Part shown: one piece after another, positions 48,424 through 58,445 of the stretch
How the letters are laid out: each line of letters opens with the position of its first letter
How positions within the stretch are numbered: the stretch's first letter is position 1
NCBI GenBank assembly: GCA_026413945.1
Contig: JAOAJX010000001.1
Span: 32,001-96,000 of the forward strand
Length of the DNA stretch: 64,000 bases
Reading direction: 5' to 3'
Origin: Candidatus Iainarchaeum sp.
GTDB lineage: Archaea; Iainarchaeota; Iainarchaeia; Iainarchaeales; DTGL01
The notes under the pieces: model-generated
What the model was told of the DNA's origin: nothing
The model's input: only the letters and a program-made list of their open reading frames with translations
Databases searched by the model: none
Translations under genes and position numbers: made by a program

Positions 48424-49614
48424 TTACTGAACTTCTGTTAGTTTTAATTTCTTCGGCTTTGCATCGAGTTTTCCTATCTTCGCACCAACTATTTCCGTTA
48501 CGCCTGCTTCTTCTGCTATATCAACTAAGCGTTTAGTTATTATGCCGTCCAACACAATAACTTTCGCACCTTTTGTTTCGTTGATCGTCTTAAGCAAATC
48601 CCTCACAGCTACCGTTTTAAGCTCAGTCAGATTATCACCAAATATTTTTGCTTTAAGTGTGCCTCTTAGTTCGGCCATGACAGCAGCATAAGGGCTTTGG
48701 GTTTCCAATGCCGGTGGTGCGTTCATTTCTTTTGTTATTGCACTCAATTCTGCAGCAATATTTTCCGGAATATCTTCAGCTAGTTGTGGGGCAAGCTTAA
48801 TCTCGCTAGAGGGAACTTTCTTGCGTAATGCCATAACTATCTCTTTGTTTGTCAGTTCTTCAACTTCTTTACCTTCTGGGGCCCTTGCAACAAAGTCGAT
48901 CTTTGCTAGCTGCATTAGTTTCCTGAGTATGAGTTCTCCGCCACGGTCGCCATCAACAAAAGCAACTATTTTTTTACGTTTTGAAAGCTCCGCTATTGTG
49001 GGGGATATCTTTGAGCCATCCATGCCTATTACGTTTCTTATGTTGTTTTTGAGCAGTGTAAGTACGTCAGCCCTACCTTCAACAACAATAACATGATCAG
49101 AAGACTCTATGGCATCTCCCGCTGGCAGTTTGTCGGGCCCGTATTCTGCTAAAGAGGATACCCTTAAGCGTTCCTTTACTGTTTTTATAAGCTCCTCCGT
49201 CTCTGGAATTTGCTCGTGCATTGCTTTGTCTAAAAGCTCCTGTGCTCTTGATACTATTTGCTCCCTTTTCCAAGTTCGTTTGTCCTTTATATTCACAACT
49301 TTGAATGTCGCATTACATGGACCAACTTTGTCAACAGTCTCTATAGTTGCGCCTATAATGCATGTTTCCACTATGTCCAAAGAACTTGGTACAACAAGAT
49401 TACCTGTTGTTATGCCATTTTGCACGTTTGCAATTATTTCTATTCTACCAATCTTACCATTTTTTTGAAGTTCTCTTAAGTCTAAGTCTTCTCCGAGGAG
49501 CCCTTCGCTTTGGCCAAATATTGCTCCAACAACATCGTGCTTATCAACTACGCCCTCAATCTTGAATACGGCGCTTATTTCATACTTTGTGGAGTTAATA
49601 TATGTTTTTGCCAT
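48424..49614 (-). CDS. dnaG: Archaeal DnaG (primase-like, exosome-associated)
   Basis: GVVDKHDVVGAIFGQSEGLLG..LDLRELQK.G.IGRI, TOPRIM VVEGRADV, DGDRGG. Confidence 0.95.
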   Translation of the reverse strand: MAKTYINSTKYEISAVFKIEGVVDKHDVVGAIFGQSEGLLGEDLDLRELQKNGKIGRIEIIANVQNGITTGNLVVPSSLDIVETCIIGATIETVDKVGPCNATFKVVNIKDKRTWKREQIVSRAQELLDKAMHEQIPETEELIKTVKERLRVSSLAEYGPDKLPAGDAIESSDHVIVVEGRADVLTLLKNNIRNVIGMDGSKISPTIAELSKRKKIVAFVDGDRGGELILRKLMQLAKIDFVARAPEGKEVEELTNKEIVMALRKKVPSSEIKLAPQLAEDIPENIAAELSAITKEMNAPPALETQSPYAAVMAELRGTLKAKIFGDNLTELKTVAVRDLLKTINETKGAKVIVLDGIITKRLVDIAEEAGVTEIVGAKIGKLDAKPKKLKLTEVQ

Positions 49615-49781
49615 TAATTTCACCTCTTTTTTGCTTTTTAGAATTAGGCAATCGAAATACGCTAAAAACTCAGATTATTGGATAAAAATGAATATGACAT
49701 GCTAATGATTGCCTTTTTCTTATAAATACCTTCCCTAAAAGGGTTTTTAAGGTTGACTTTGGCGTTGAAATTAAAAATAAA

Positions 49782-50810
49782 TTATCTTGTTGGTAGCTGA
49801 ATGCTAGTTTCCTTTTGCAGTTTTTTTCCACCAGTGGTTACAAAAGAAACCGCTAAAGTGCATTTTTCATAAGAAATTGTTTGGCCTGATTTTGGGGTAA
49901 GATTCATATCAGAATAGTTTGCGCTGAAATAGTAGCTTATTGCCTCTCCAAGATATGGGTTGGTAAAAACAAAGTCCTTTGGCTTTATTTCTCTGCGATC
50001 TTCGAAAATAATTGCGCCATTTGAATTAGAAATCTTTGTTTCGAGAATGCCAGCAGCGGCAACAAATGTGGAGCTTTTTAAGAAGCGGACAATAATAGTG
50101 ATGCCATTGGTGCTTGCATTTGAATAAATACCTTCTATCTTCTCTGGTTCACAAGAATAATTCTCAATATCAAGAAACTCCTTGACGCTATTGGTTTTTT
50201 CGAGCTTGTTGTAGTTTGCACTACTCAGCACTTTTTTCCCGTCTTGAGCATTAAATTCTACAATCACATAGCCCCTAGAATCAATGCTTTTGTTTATGTC
50301 GCTCTTATTTATCTGAATTTCGTATTGAGTATCCTTAAATTCTTTTGTTTCAGCATAGAATGTTTTAGTGTAGAGCAGTTTGTCAAAGAAATTCCTGACC
50401 TCAATTGTTACTACACCATCCTCAACAGCCTCGGCTCCAGAGTAATCAAGGAGCTTAAACTTTACGATTAATGCATTTGAGTCCTCAACTGAAATTGATA
50501 TGCTCTGAACAGAGCTTTTCTTTTCAACAGGCGTCATTGTTACTTCTGCTGTCAGTGTCTTTTCCGGAGTCCTATTTTCTTTTGTTGCTTCCGGTGTCTT
50601 AGATGTAATTGTTGGTCTAATTTCTCTTTGGGAAGTGCTTGAGAAAAAAACAAAATAAACAAATGATGCGCTTAAAATTATTATTGCCAAAATAGAAAAA
50701 AGGAAGATCTTATTGTTGCTTTTTGGTTTCTCTTCTTTGTTAATGACATTTGCTATGGTTGGTTTTACTTCATTGTTAGTGGCTGGGTCATCATATATTT
50801 TGAAAATCAT
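49782..50810 (-). CDS. Membrane-anchored hypothetical protein with two beta-rich domains
   Basis: Single TM helix, T/P/E-rich linker, two similar beta-rich regions. Confidence 0.6.
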   Translation of the reverse strand: MIFKIYDDPATNNEVKPTIANVINKEEKPKSNNKIFLFSILAIIILSASFVYFVFFSSTSQREIRPTITSKTPEATKENRTPEKTLTAEVTMTPVEKKSSVQSISISVEDSNALIVKFKLLDYSGAEAVEDGVVTIEVRNFFDKLLYTKTFYAETKEFKDTQYEIQINKSDINKSIDSRGYVIVEFNAQDGKKVLSSANYNKLEKTNSVKEFLDIENYSCEPEKIEGIYSNASTNGITIIVRFLKSSTFVAAAGILETKISNSNGAIIFEDRREIKPKDFVFTNPYLGEAISYYFSANYSDMNLTPKSGQTISYEKCTLAVSFVTTGGKKLQKETSIQLPTR

Positions 50811-50880
50811 TTTGTTAACACCTGTGCATTTTTGATTAATGCAATCCTTATTAAAAAATCTTTCGTATTACCACAATTTC

Positions 50881-51282
50881 ATGGCACGTTACAATAAAGG
50901 TGCGAACGCTGAGAGAGAGTTGTTGGGCATGTTCTATAGCGCTGGCTTTGCTGTTGTACGTGTAGCAGGCTCTGGAGCCTCAAAATATCCCGAACCGGAC
51001 TGCCTTGCATTAAAAAAAGAAAAAAAATTTGCATTCGAGTGCAAAGCTCGATCTGGCAAGTATCTAAACATACCAAAGGAGCAGCTTGAAAGCTTGGTTG
51101 CATGGGCCAATCAAGCTGGTCTTACTGCATATATCGCTTGGAAAATGCCTAGAAAAGGCTGGCTTTTTATAAAGCCGGCTTGTTTTGTGCTGAGAAAAAA
51201 AGGTTATGCTATCAGCATGGATGCAGCCTTGCGACTTGGTCAAACATTTGAAGATATTTCTCAAAAGGAGGTGAAAAAATGA
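50881..51282 (+). CDS. hjc: Holliday junction resolvase Hjc
   Basis: KGANAERELL, GFAVVRVAGSG, PD, FECK. Confidence 0.92.
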   Translation: MARYNKGANAERELLGMFYSAGFAVVRVAGSGASKYPEPDCLALKKEKKFAFECKARSGKYLNIPKEQLESLVAWANQAGLTAYIAWKMPRKGWLFIKPACFVLRKKGYAISMDAALRLGQTFEDISQKEVKK

Positions 51283-51395
51283 GCATGGACGAGGAAAAGC
51301 TTAAGACACTTAAAGGTATATATCTTAACACGATTGCAATATTGGTTCTAAATAGTATCATGGTTGGGGTTATGCTCGCAAAGCTCATCCTCTAA
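51279..51395 (+). CDS. 38-aa single-TM micro-protein; not in the ORF track
   Basis: MSMDEEKLKTLKGIYLNTIAILVLNSIMVGVMLAKLIL; strong AGGAGGTGA RBS, ATGA overlap with the hjc stop. Confidence 0.65.
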   Translation: MSMDEEKLKTLKGIYLNTIAILVLNSIMVGVMLAKLIL

Positions 51396-52042
51396 ACAAC
51401 AGATGCACTAAAAAACATCACTGTGCCTGTGATTGAAATTGTAATTATAAGTATTAGCAAGTCCATTGTAAGGTATTGGAATTGTGTTATTAGCAAATAA
51501 AGTGCTGTAACGAAAAAGGCAATTCCACCAAGCACTAGCAAAAGAGCAACCCACTCATTTTTTGTGCCTAAGCGTCTCATCTTCATATCTTTTACTTCTT
51601 GCCTTAAAGCAGCAACTTTTTCTTCAATGCTTCTTGTCTTTTCGATTGAAGTGTTATTAAGATCATGTAAAAGATTTATGTCGCGCTTAATGTCTTCTCG
51701 TATTTCGGCAAGACCACCCCTAAGTTCACTTTTCATTTTGCTTTCGAGGTCACTTCTAAGCTGGATTAAAGCGCGGTCAAGGTATGTTTGAATCCTCGGA
51801 AGCTCATTGTTTATCTGTTCTCTAGCGATTTTGCCTATCTCCGCCTCTAAAAGAGCAAAGGTATCTGCCTGTGAAACAGACAGCAAACGTCTTGCTTGGT
51901 TTTCAGTAATGCCTGTCTGAACAAGAGTTCTTATTATGGAGTCCTCACTTTCACCTGCGCGCATCAAGTCTTTTATTATCTTTACTACATTTGTCTCTTT
52001 CTGCTTGAAATCTGGCATAGGCGTTTCTTCCAAAAACATCAC
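51392..52042 (-). CDS. Coiled-coil protein with two C-terminal TM helices
   Basis: N-terminal helical domain, coiled coil, two TM helices. Confidence 0.7.
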   Translation of the reverse strand: MMFLEETPMPDFKQKETNVVKIIKDLMRAGESEDSIIRTLVQTGITENQARRLLSVSQADTFALLEAEIGKIAREQINNELPRIQTYLDRALIQLRSDLESKMKSELRGGLAEIREDIKRDINLLHDLNNTSIEKTRSIEEKVAALRQEVKDMKMRRLGTKNEWVALLLVLGGIAFFVTALYLLITQFQYLTMDLLILIITISITGTVMFFSASVV

Positions 52043-52668
52043 GCTTCTATTCCAATTTTTTTAGCAATTTCTTTCTTGAAAAACTCCCCAGTAACAATAA
52101 AAATAATTTCTGTGTTTCCACTTTTTATAGGCAAATACTCAAATGCAGTCTTCCTGCAACCACCAGCCTTAACATCAAATAATATAGTTTTGTTTTCTTC
52201 TTTTATAAAGGTTGCGTCGTGCGTTTCGGAAACCGTTATGAAGATATCTTCAGAGGTTTTGTTGCATATGTTAAGGTATATCTTAAATTTAGAACCGACT
52301 TTTGCATTTTCTTGATCAACTTCAATGCTCAGCATGGCCTCTGGCGATTCTGCGAAGGCATATTGTTTTGCTTCTTTATGAAATGGTGCCTTTGCTATTA
52401 CAAAACCAATTTTCCTATCAGATGGCACATAGATGCGTGTTTTTTGGTATGGTGCAAGCACAGGTATGCAGTCAATTATTAGCCCAGAATCTGTCTCAAC
52501 GGTTATATTCTTTATTACATGGCTGCTTTCATTTTTAAGGTAAAGTTTCTCATTGATAATTTCAAATTTCAGTCCTGGCGCAAAAAAAATCAGATATATG
52601 GCTAACGAAGAGTAAGCTACAAAAACAAATGAAAAAACAGCTAGTAGGCGCTTAACTTTTTCATCCAT
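52039..52668 (-). CDS. Membrane-anchored hypothetical protein (Ig-like)
   Basis: N-terminal TM helix, beta-rich body. Confidence 0.6.
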   Translation of the reverse strand: MDEKVKRLLAVFSFVFVAYSSLAIYLIFFAPGLKFEIINEKLYLKNESSHVIKNITVETDSGLIIDCIPVLAPYQKTRIYVPSDRKIGFVIAKAPFHKEAKQYAFAESPEAMLSIEVDQENAKVGSKFKIYLNICNKTSEDIFITVSETHDATFIKEENKTILFDVKAGGCRKTAFEYLPIKSGNTEIIFIVTGEFFKKEIAKKIGIEA

Positions 52669-52710
52669 AGTTTATATATAGAAATACTTTATTTATATTT
52701 TTAACCAGAT

Positions 52711-53064
52711 TCACAAAAGCTTTAGATCTGAAAAAATCTTATCTAAAATCTCTGATGGTGCTGGGCCTGCTGCAAAACACGTTAAAGTGCCTGGCTTTGT
52801 CTGTGTAATACCTGCGTCCTTTATAAGCGCTGCAGGAACAAGCCTCTTTGATTGATGATAGAGTTTCAAAAGAGTTTCTTCATTTGGAACCTTAAGCACG
52901 ATCTTTGCTTTGCCGCCTTTAGCCCAGGCAACAGCCCACTCTGGCTTTTCTTTCAGAACTATCTCATAAGCCTCAAGTGATGCATGCGCTGCTTGAGCTG
53001 CAACCTTGCCTTTGCCCAGCTTTAGATCTGATCTGACAACTATTGTCTGCTTGAACTCGGCCAT
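52711..53064 (-). CDS. pth2: Peptidyl-tRNA hydrolase Pth2
   Basis: KQTIVVRSDLKLGKGKVAAQAAHA, KIVLK, DAGITQ, GPAP. Confidence 0.95.
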   Translation of the reverse strand: MAEFKQTIVVRSDLKLGKGKVAAQAAHASLEAYEIVLKEKPEWAVAWAKGGKAKIVLKVPNEETLLKLYHQSKRLVPAALIKDAGITQTKPGTLTCFAAGPAPSEILDKIFSDLKLL

Positions 53065-53148
53065 ATGTAAGCAAACCATATTTATTATTAAAAAAGTTGC
53101 TGGGTGTGTGAGGCAAAATTTATATTTAAATAGAATTATAGTATATTC

Positions 53149-54870
53149 ATGCAGCTTAGGAAAATATCTTTGTGCTTTATCTTATTTTGTCTGCTTGTGC
53201 AGTGCTTTGCCGAAGTTGACTCTGATAACGATATGGTACCAGATGAACATGAGCTTTTAGACAAAACAGATCCGAACAATGCAGCAGATAATGCCTTGGT
53301 ACTTAAAATCCGTGGCGAAATTGCTTTAGATAAAACCATTTTTATATCAGTTGAGCACCCAGATCTTGGCAAGATGAAAGGTGTTGAATTTTCAATAAAG
53401 ACAAAATCTAAAATAACAAATTTGAATAGCGCTAATTTGGGGGAAGTAGAATATAAGATTGAAGAATCCGGCATTCATTATATAAGCGCAAAAAAAGGAA
53501 ATTTTTATCTAATGCAATATATTATTCCTGCCTGTGGTTATGAACAAAAAGAAAAAAGTTTTGTGCCTTTAGCTGTTCTGTTAACAGTAAATTTTACAAA
53601 TATTATTGTTGCCCTAATATTCTTCGTCTTTTTTATGACACTGCTTAAGGCGTATTTTACAGACTCGGAGGACATAGCGGCACTAATTGCCGGGTTTGGG
53701 GCTTTTAGTATATTTTATGCAAATTATTCTTTGCTATTGCCCATTCTTGCTAAAGAACGCTTGGTTGTTCAGGCATATCTTCTTGTTGAATTTCTTTTTG
53801 GGCTTTTCGCTACAAATCTTGTTAAGACAAGTGCTGCTAAGAGAATTGCTGAAAAAGAGGTGCTTGCTGCGGATAGAAAGCCTTTTTCTTTTGGTGGGCT
53901 TTTTGCAAATCTTTTTATCTGGAAGCGGGATTTGAAGGCCAAAAAAGTTTTTGAAATGAAAAAAGATATTGCTAAAACAAAGGCAAAGCTAGGTAATGCT
54001 ATTATCGAAGCTAGAGCTGCTGAAAGTAAGGAAGTTATTCAGGAAAAGATGGGGGCCATCAGCGAACATATTGAAAACTTGCAAAAAAATCTTATTGAAG
54101 CAAAGCTCATGAAAGACGAGGCAGAGAAAAAAGAGGCAAAAACAATTGATGATCTACGCACTGAAAAAGAACTTGAGCTTATGATTGAAGATATAAGCAA
54201 AGTGCTTGCATCCGAATTGCAAATCAGCGAACTACCTGAAAAGATAGAGCCCATTGAGGAGAAAAAAGGCTTTTTTAGCTTCTTGAAATTGAATAGAAGA
54301 GGCGAATTAAAAAAATTAGAAAAAGCAAATGTTTGCATATCACTATCTGATGTTTATGGCCAGGCACTGAACGCGTCAAACGCATCTTTTTTTATAGGTG
54401 CAAATGAAGTAAAGCCCGTAAAAATTCTTGCTGAGAGGGCTTATTTTTACTTTACGGAAACTGTGGTTGAACTCTATGTGCGCTATCTTGGCTACACTGA
54501 TGCACATAAGATGATTGAAACCAGCGATTCTATGGGGGAAGTTGAGATAAAAATGAAACATTCTTTGCTTCTCAAAATAACTGATGCCGCTGGCAAAGAG
54601 CTCAGGGATGTATTTATAACAATAACCGATGACTCTGGTAAAAAAGTAGAGGATATACAAAAGAACAGCATATGGAAAACTCCTTGTCCGATGAATGCTT
54701 CCGATGGCACAGCTGCGATCGCTCTTAACCCTGCAAACTTAAGGGGCAAGATGTTGAAAGTAAATGTCGTTAGGGCTGGTTTTAAAAATGCAGAATTGCT
54801 TATACCATCGTCAAAGATTTCAACTGAGGAGCAAACAATTAAGGCAATTATGCTCGAAAGAGCAAAGTAA
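53149..54870 (+). CDS. Multi-domain membrane protein
   Basis: Signal peptide, Ca-binding-like DSDNDMVPDEHE...TDP, TM bundle, coiled coil, C-terminal beta domains. Confidence 0.65.
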   Translation: MQLRKISLCFILFCLLVQCFAEVDSDNDMVPDEHELLDKTDPNNAADNALVLKIRGEIALDKTIFISVEHPDLGKMKGVEFSIKTKSKITNLNSANLGEVEYKIEESGIHYISAKKGNFYLMQYIIPACGYEQKEKSFVPLAVLLTVNFTNIIVALIFFVFFMTLLKAYFTDSEDIAALIAGFGAFSIFYANYSLLLPILAKERLVVQAYLLVEFLFGLFATNLVKTSAAKRIAEKEVLAADRKPFSFGGLFANLFIWKRDLKAKKVFEMKKDIAKTKAKLGNAIIEARAAESKEVIQEKMGAISEHIENLQKNLIEAKLMKDEAEKKEAKTIDDLRTEKELELMIEDISKVLASELQISELPEKIEPIEEKKGFFSFLKLNRRGELKKLEKANVCISLSDVYGQALNASNASFFIGANEVKPVKILAERAYFYFTETVVELYVRYLGYTDAHKMIETSDSMGEVEIKMKHSLLLKITDAAGKELRDVFITITDDSGKKVEDIQKNSIWKTPCPMNASDGTAAIALNPANLRGKMLKVNVVRAGFKNAELLIPSSKISTEEQTIKAIMLERAK

Positions 54871-54872
54871 TG

Positions 54873-56459
54873 TTATTCTTTAAGATTATTATAATACAAG
54901 AAATAATATCTGCTTTTATTGGCGCTTGTGCTACCTTTAACCAAAAACCAAATGGTTGAAAGCTTTGTCTGTTGGTTATAGTTGAGGTCCCAATCTATGC
55001 CTTTTACGAGAAGACTGACTGGCGCCCCTGAACCTAAGCTTGAAACTTCGATAAGTGCCAAGCTTTCAAGATTTAAGTCACAATTTTTACAACCAACTGA
55101 AAGGAACTCAGCATCAAAATTTATGTCTAGCAAGACATTTGTATCTTGCCTTGAAGTTTTACCTGCATTAAAAGCCAGTGGCAAACGATAACTTACATTT
55201 GCTGAAAGCCATTCTTTTTCCTCGATGTTCTTTATTGAAAACTGCACTGTTTTTGGGTTAAATATAAATGCTTGGCTTGCAGATCCTAAGTAGGTTGTTA
55301 CATTTGTGCTCTCTGCATCGCCACTAACTATTGAAAGTTGGCATTCTGGTTCAGTGTAATTTAAGTTAGCGTAAGCTGGTCTATCTTTTCTGTATGGCAA
55401 GAAATCGAAGTAAAGGTAATAAAGCTTTGTTGAGTTTGCTGGAACCGTGCCAGGCATCTGCCATTTAATTATTGCTTTTTTAGATGTTTCAGAATATGAA
55501 ACATGGAAGGGGATTGGCTCCACTTCGTTTGTATCTGGATCATAGTCGACAGGGCTAAAATTCTCATATTCTATGAGTCTAAAGCTATTTTTGTCAAGCT
55601 CTGCTGAAATATTTAGCTTTTGCATTATTTCATTGAGGTCAATTGTTTTTTGTAAAATTGCATTTGTTAGATCGCAGCTCAAAGTGTTTACAGCAATAGG
55701 TATGCGGTAATGCCACCAATAATCATCATCTTTGTTGTAATCCCACCATTCTGCTGAGCTTAGCACACCGATAGAGTCACCAATTTGCCAATTAGTTGCT
55801 GAACTCTGTATGTTAATTTGTATATCGGTGGGCATATCAATCCAAAACTCGTTTGTGTTTGGGAAAAAGATGAAGCTGAAGTTCCTGTCAGGATCACCAA
55901 TTATTATAAGACGATCAGAATTCTTTAGTAAAGACATGTTCATATCAGGATACCTAATTACGATATCTGGTGAGTTTGAATCTATAAAATGAACGCTTGC
56001 AAAAGTATTCGAAACATTTATATCAAAGTATGGGTTCAAAACCCTATATTTGCCTGTGATCAGTGCTTCTGCTTTAAGACTTGTATTTTCATCATACATT
56101 GGTTCTATTAGACCTTTTGGCAATACGTATACGCTATGAATTTCTCCCGTTGGAATGACAAAAAAAAGCCTGTTAAGGTATTGATCAAAAGGCCTACTTA
56201 CAAGATAATTGTAATCAGTATTTACATCAAGTAGCACTGGAAATTGTCTATTACAATCATAACGCTGTGAGTTGCAGTCAGTTTTTAGAAGTATTGCCTT
56301 TGCTTCTATTTTGTTTGCGATATTGTTCATGATATTTTGCATCTCTGTTTCAGTTATTGTTGGAGCATTTATAGACATAAGCCAAGGTATTGCAAAGAAT
56401 AAACCGACGATTAAAAAAACAAATATCACTGAACTTATTATCCAGTCGGTTGATTCCAT
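54873..56459 (-). CDS. Membrane-anchored surface protein with two DUF2341-like repeats
   Basis: N-terminal TM helix; repeats WHYRIPI...SFRLIE...YYLYF and SYRLPL...SLALIE...YYFLYY. Confidence 0.6.
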   Translation of the reverse strand: MESTDWIISSVIFVFLIVGLFFAIPWLMSINAPTITETEMQNIMNNIANKIEAKAILLKTDCNSQRYDCNRQFPVLLDVNTDYNYLVSRPFDQYLNRLFFVIPTGEIHSVYVLPKGLIEPMYDENTSLKAEALITGKYRVLNPYFDINVSNTFASVHFIDSNSPDIVIRYPDMNMSLLKNSDRLIIIGDPDRNFSFIFFPNTNEFWIDMPTDIQINIQSSATNWQIGDSIGVLSSAEWWDYNKDDDYWWHYRIPIAVNTLSCDLTNAILQKTIDLNEIMQKLNISAELDKNSFRLIEYENFSPVDYDPDTNEVEPIPFHVSYSETSKKAIIKWQMPGTVPANSTKLYYLYFDFLPYRKDRPAYANLNYTEPECQLSIVSGDAESTNVTTYLGSASQAFIFNPKTVQFSIKNIEEKEWLSANVSYRLPLAFNAGKTSRQDTNVLLDINFDAEFLSVGCKNCDLNLESLALIEVSSLGSGAPVSLLVKGIDWDLNYNQQTKLSTIWFLVKGSTSANKSRYYFLYYNNLKE

Positions 56460-56525
56460 TTTGGCACCCGTGTAAATAAGTAGCGCTTGTAGTTAAAAAA
56501 TCTTTTCTTGGGCATTAGCCAAAAG

Positions 56526-57125
56526 CTAAATTATCTTTTGTTTCCATAGCTCTTGGAAGAGGTTTGTTGCTGCAAATGCGCTGTTGTCGCAGACAAGATC
56601 TATAACTGTTCTAACCTTGTTGGTGTACTTATAATCAGAATCAGAAACAAAGTCAAGGGGCAAGTCAATGCTATAGAGGCACAAGTTTGTTTTGTCGCCT
56701 GGCATTGCTGCAAGCTTTTCAATTAAGTTAGTGTCCTTTTCAGTAAGATATGCGCAGATTCTCTTTGTCTTTACATTATTGCAATAGTAGCTTAAAGCAC
56801 TATCCAAACAAAAAACGCTGTTATGCTTTATCATTTCCTTCACTGCCTGTGGCGCAATTGAAAGGTTAAATCTTGCGATAATAGTTTTCTCCATAGACCT
56901 ATATGCGGCAATTTCGCTTATTATTGAAAGCGCATCTTTTATGAAATAGCCGTTTTTTCCTTTTTCGATGGAACCTTTTTGCTGGAAGTATTTCACAATC
57001 TTATTAACTTGCCCCAAAGATACTTTTAAGTTTTGGCTCAAAGAAAGCTGTGTAAATTCCTTGCATTCAAGCATCGCATTAACTATGTTGAAGCTCACCG
57101 GCTTGCTGAAATCAAGCGTTGACAT
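56526..57125 (-). CDS. HTH protein with an AbiEi-antitoxin-like C-terminus
   Basis: FTQLSLSQNLKVSLGQVNKIV HTH; SAL..Y, T...RT.IDL pattern. Confidence 0.55.
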   Translation of the reverse strand: MSTLDFSKPVSFNIVNAMLECKEFTQLSLSQNLKVSLGQVNKIVKYFQQKGSIEKGKNGYFIKDALSIISEIAAYRSMEKTIIARFNLSIAPQAVKEMIKHNSVFCLDSALSYYCNNVKTKRICAYLTEKDTNLIEKLAAMPGDKTNLCLYSIDLPLDFVSDSDYKYTNKVRTVIDLVCDNSAFAATNLFQELWKQKII

Positions 57126-57204
57126 ATTTGGATTTTAACCAAAAAAATATTTAAAATGATGCAATTAATAGTTTTTTTGCTAAAAAGCATTTTAGGGATG
57201 CAAA

Positions 57205-58383
57205 ATGGGTTTTGGATTGAAATTTAGTAGAAGAAATGCATTGATGCTTTTTTTGATAATTCTTACAATGTTTTTTTTGATTTTTTTCGGGACTAGCTTT
57301 ATAGGGTTATTACTCGGAAAAGAAGGGTGGGAAGAAAAGGTTGAAAGTATCGACGAAAAATCGATTATTAATACTGCCCCAGAAGAAATAAAAGCCCATA
57401 TTGAGATCGTTGAAATAACATTGCATGACTGCAATGGCTGCCTAAATTTTGAATATCTAAAAGCCCAGCTCAAAGACATGGACATTCGCTTAGATGAGAA
57501 AAAAATTTATTATCCAGATGATGAGGCAAAAAAATTAATTGGTAAATATTCAATAAAAGCGCTTCCGACAATTATAGTAAGAGGCGACTTTAAAGGCCTC
57601 GATATATTCAAAAATTGGTCTTCTTTTGGCTATGTGCTTAATGATGCCCTTGTCTTTGACAACAATATTCCTGTATACTATGATTTAGATTCCAAGAGAT
57701 TTGTTGGTGCAGTGAGGATAATTGAGCTTGTTGATGGTTCTTGTGAGCAGTGTAAAGAGCCATTTGAGTTGCTTTCAGCACTTACATCTCAATCTGGAAT
57801 AAATGTTGTTGATTTTAAGCGCATAGATGTAAACACTGATGAAGGAAAAGAGCTTGCCAAGAAACATTACATTGATTTTGTGCCTTCTTTGATATTTTCA
57901 AAAGAAATAAGCGATTACAATCTTGGCGAATATATTGGAATTGGCACTTTTGGTCCAGATGGTTCCTTCGTTGTAAGGGAAAAGTTTCCTCCATACAAAG
58001 ACTTGAAAAGCGGCACAGTAAAAGGCCTTTTATATGTTACTATAATAGAGCACAGCTTCTGTTGGGCTTGCCAAGGTGCAAAAGAAATGCTTGCTTTCCT
58101 CAGAAACAACCTTGGATTGAGCTTTAAGGAAATATTAGTATATGATTTCAATTCACCAGAAGCGAAAAAGCTAATTGAAAACTATGGAATTAGTTACATA
58201 CCTGCTGCGCTTGTTTTCGGTGATACCTCTGAGTACAAGCTTTTTTCAGAGCATTGGCCAAAGCTTGGAATTGTGTTCAAAGATGGGGTTTATATGCTTG
58301 ATGATTACAAGCTTCTAGGCGAAGGCTATTACTTTGACTTGAACAGTTATCAGATTTTCCATTATGGGAAACATGAAGGGTAG
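57205..58383 (+). CDS. Membrane-anchored protein with three thioredoxin-like repeats
   Basis: N-terminal TM helix; CNGC, CEQC and CWAC, each followed by a (E)AK.L..KY.I...P..I repeat. Confidence 0.75.
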   Translation: MGFGLKFSRRNALMLFLIILTMFFLIFFGTSFIGLLLGKEGWEEKVESIDEKSIINTAPEEIKAHIEIVEITLHDCNGCLNFEYLKAQLKDMDIRLDEKKIYYPDDEAKKLIGKYSIKALPTIIVRGDFKGLDIFKNWSSFGYVLNDALVFDNNIPVYYDLDSKRFVGAVRIIELVDGSCEQCKEPFELLSALTSQSGINVVDFKRIDVNTDEGKELAKKHYIDFVPSLIFSKEISDYNLGEYIGIGTFGPDGSFVVREKFPPYKDLKSGTVKGLLYVTIIEHSFCWACQGAKEMLAFLRNNLGLSFKEILVYDFNSPEAKKLIENYGISYIPAALVFGDTSEYKLFSEHWPKLGIVFKDGVYMLDDYKLLGEGYYFDLNSYQIFHYGKHEG

Positions 58384-58445
58384 CGAAAAAAATATTAATA
58401 TAGAAGTATATTATAGAAGTAAACAGTTTTGCTGAGAGTGTTTAA

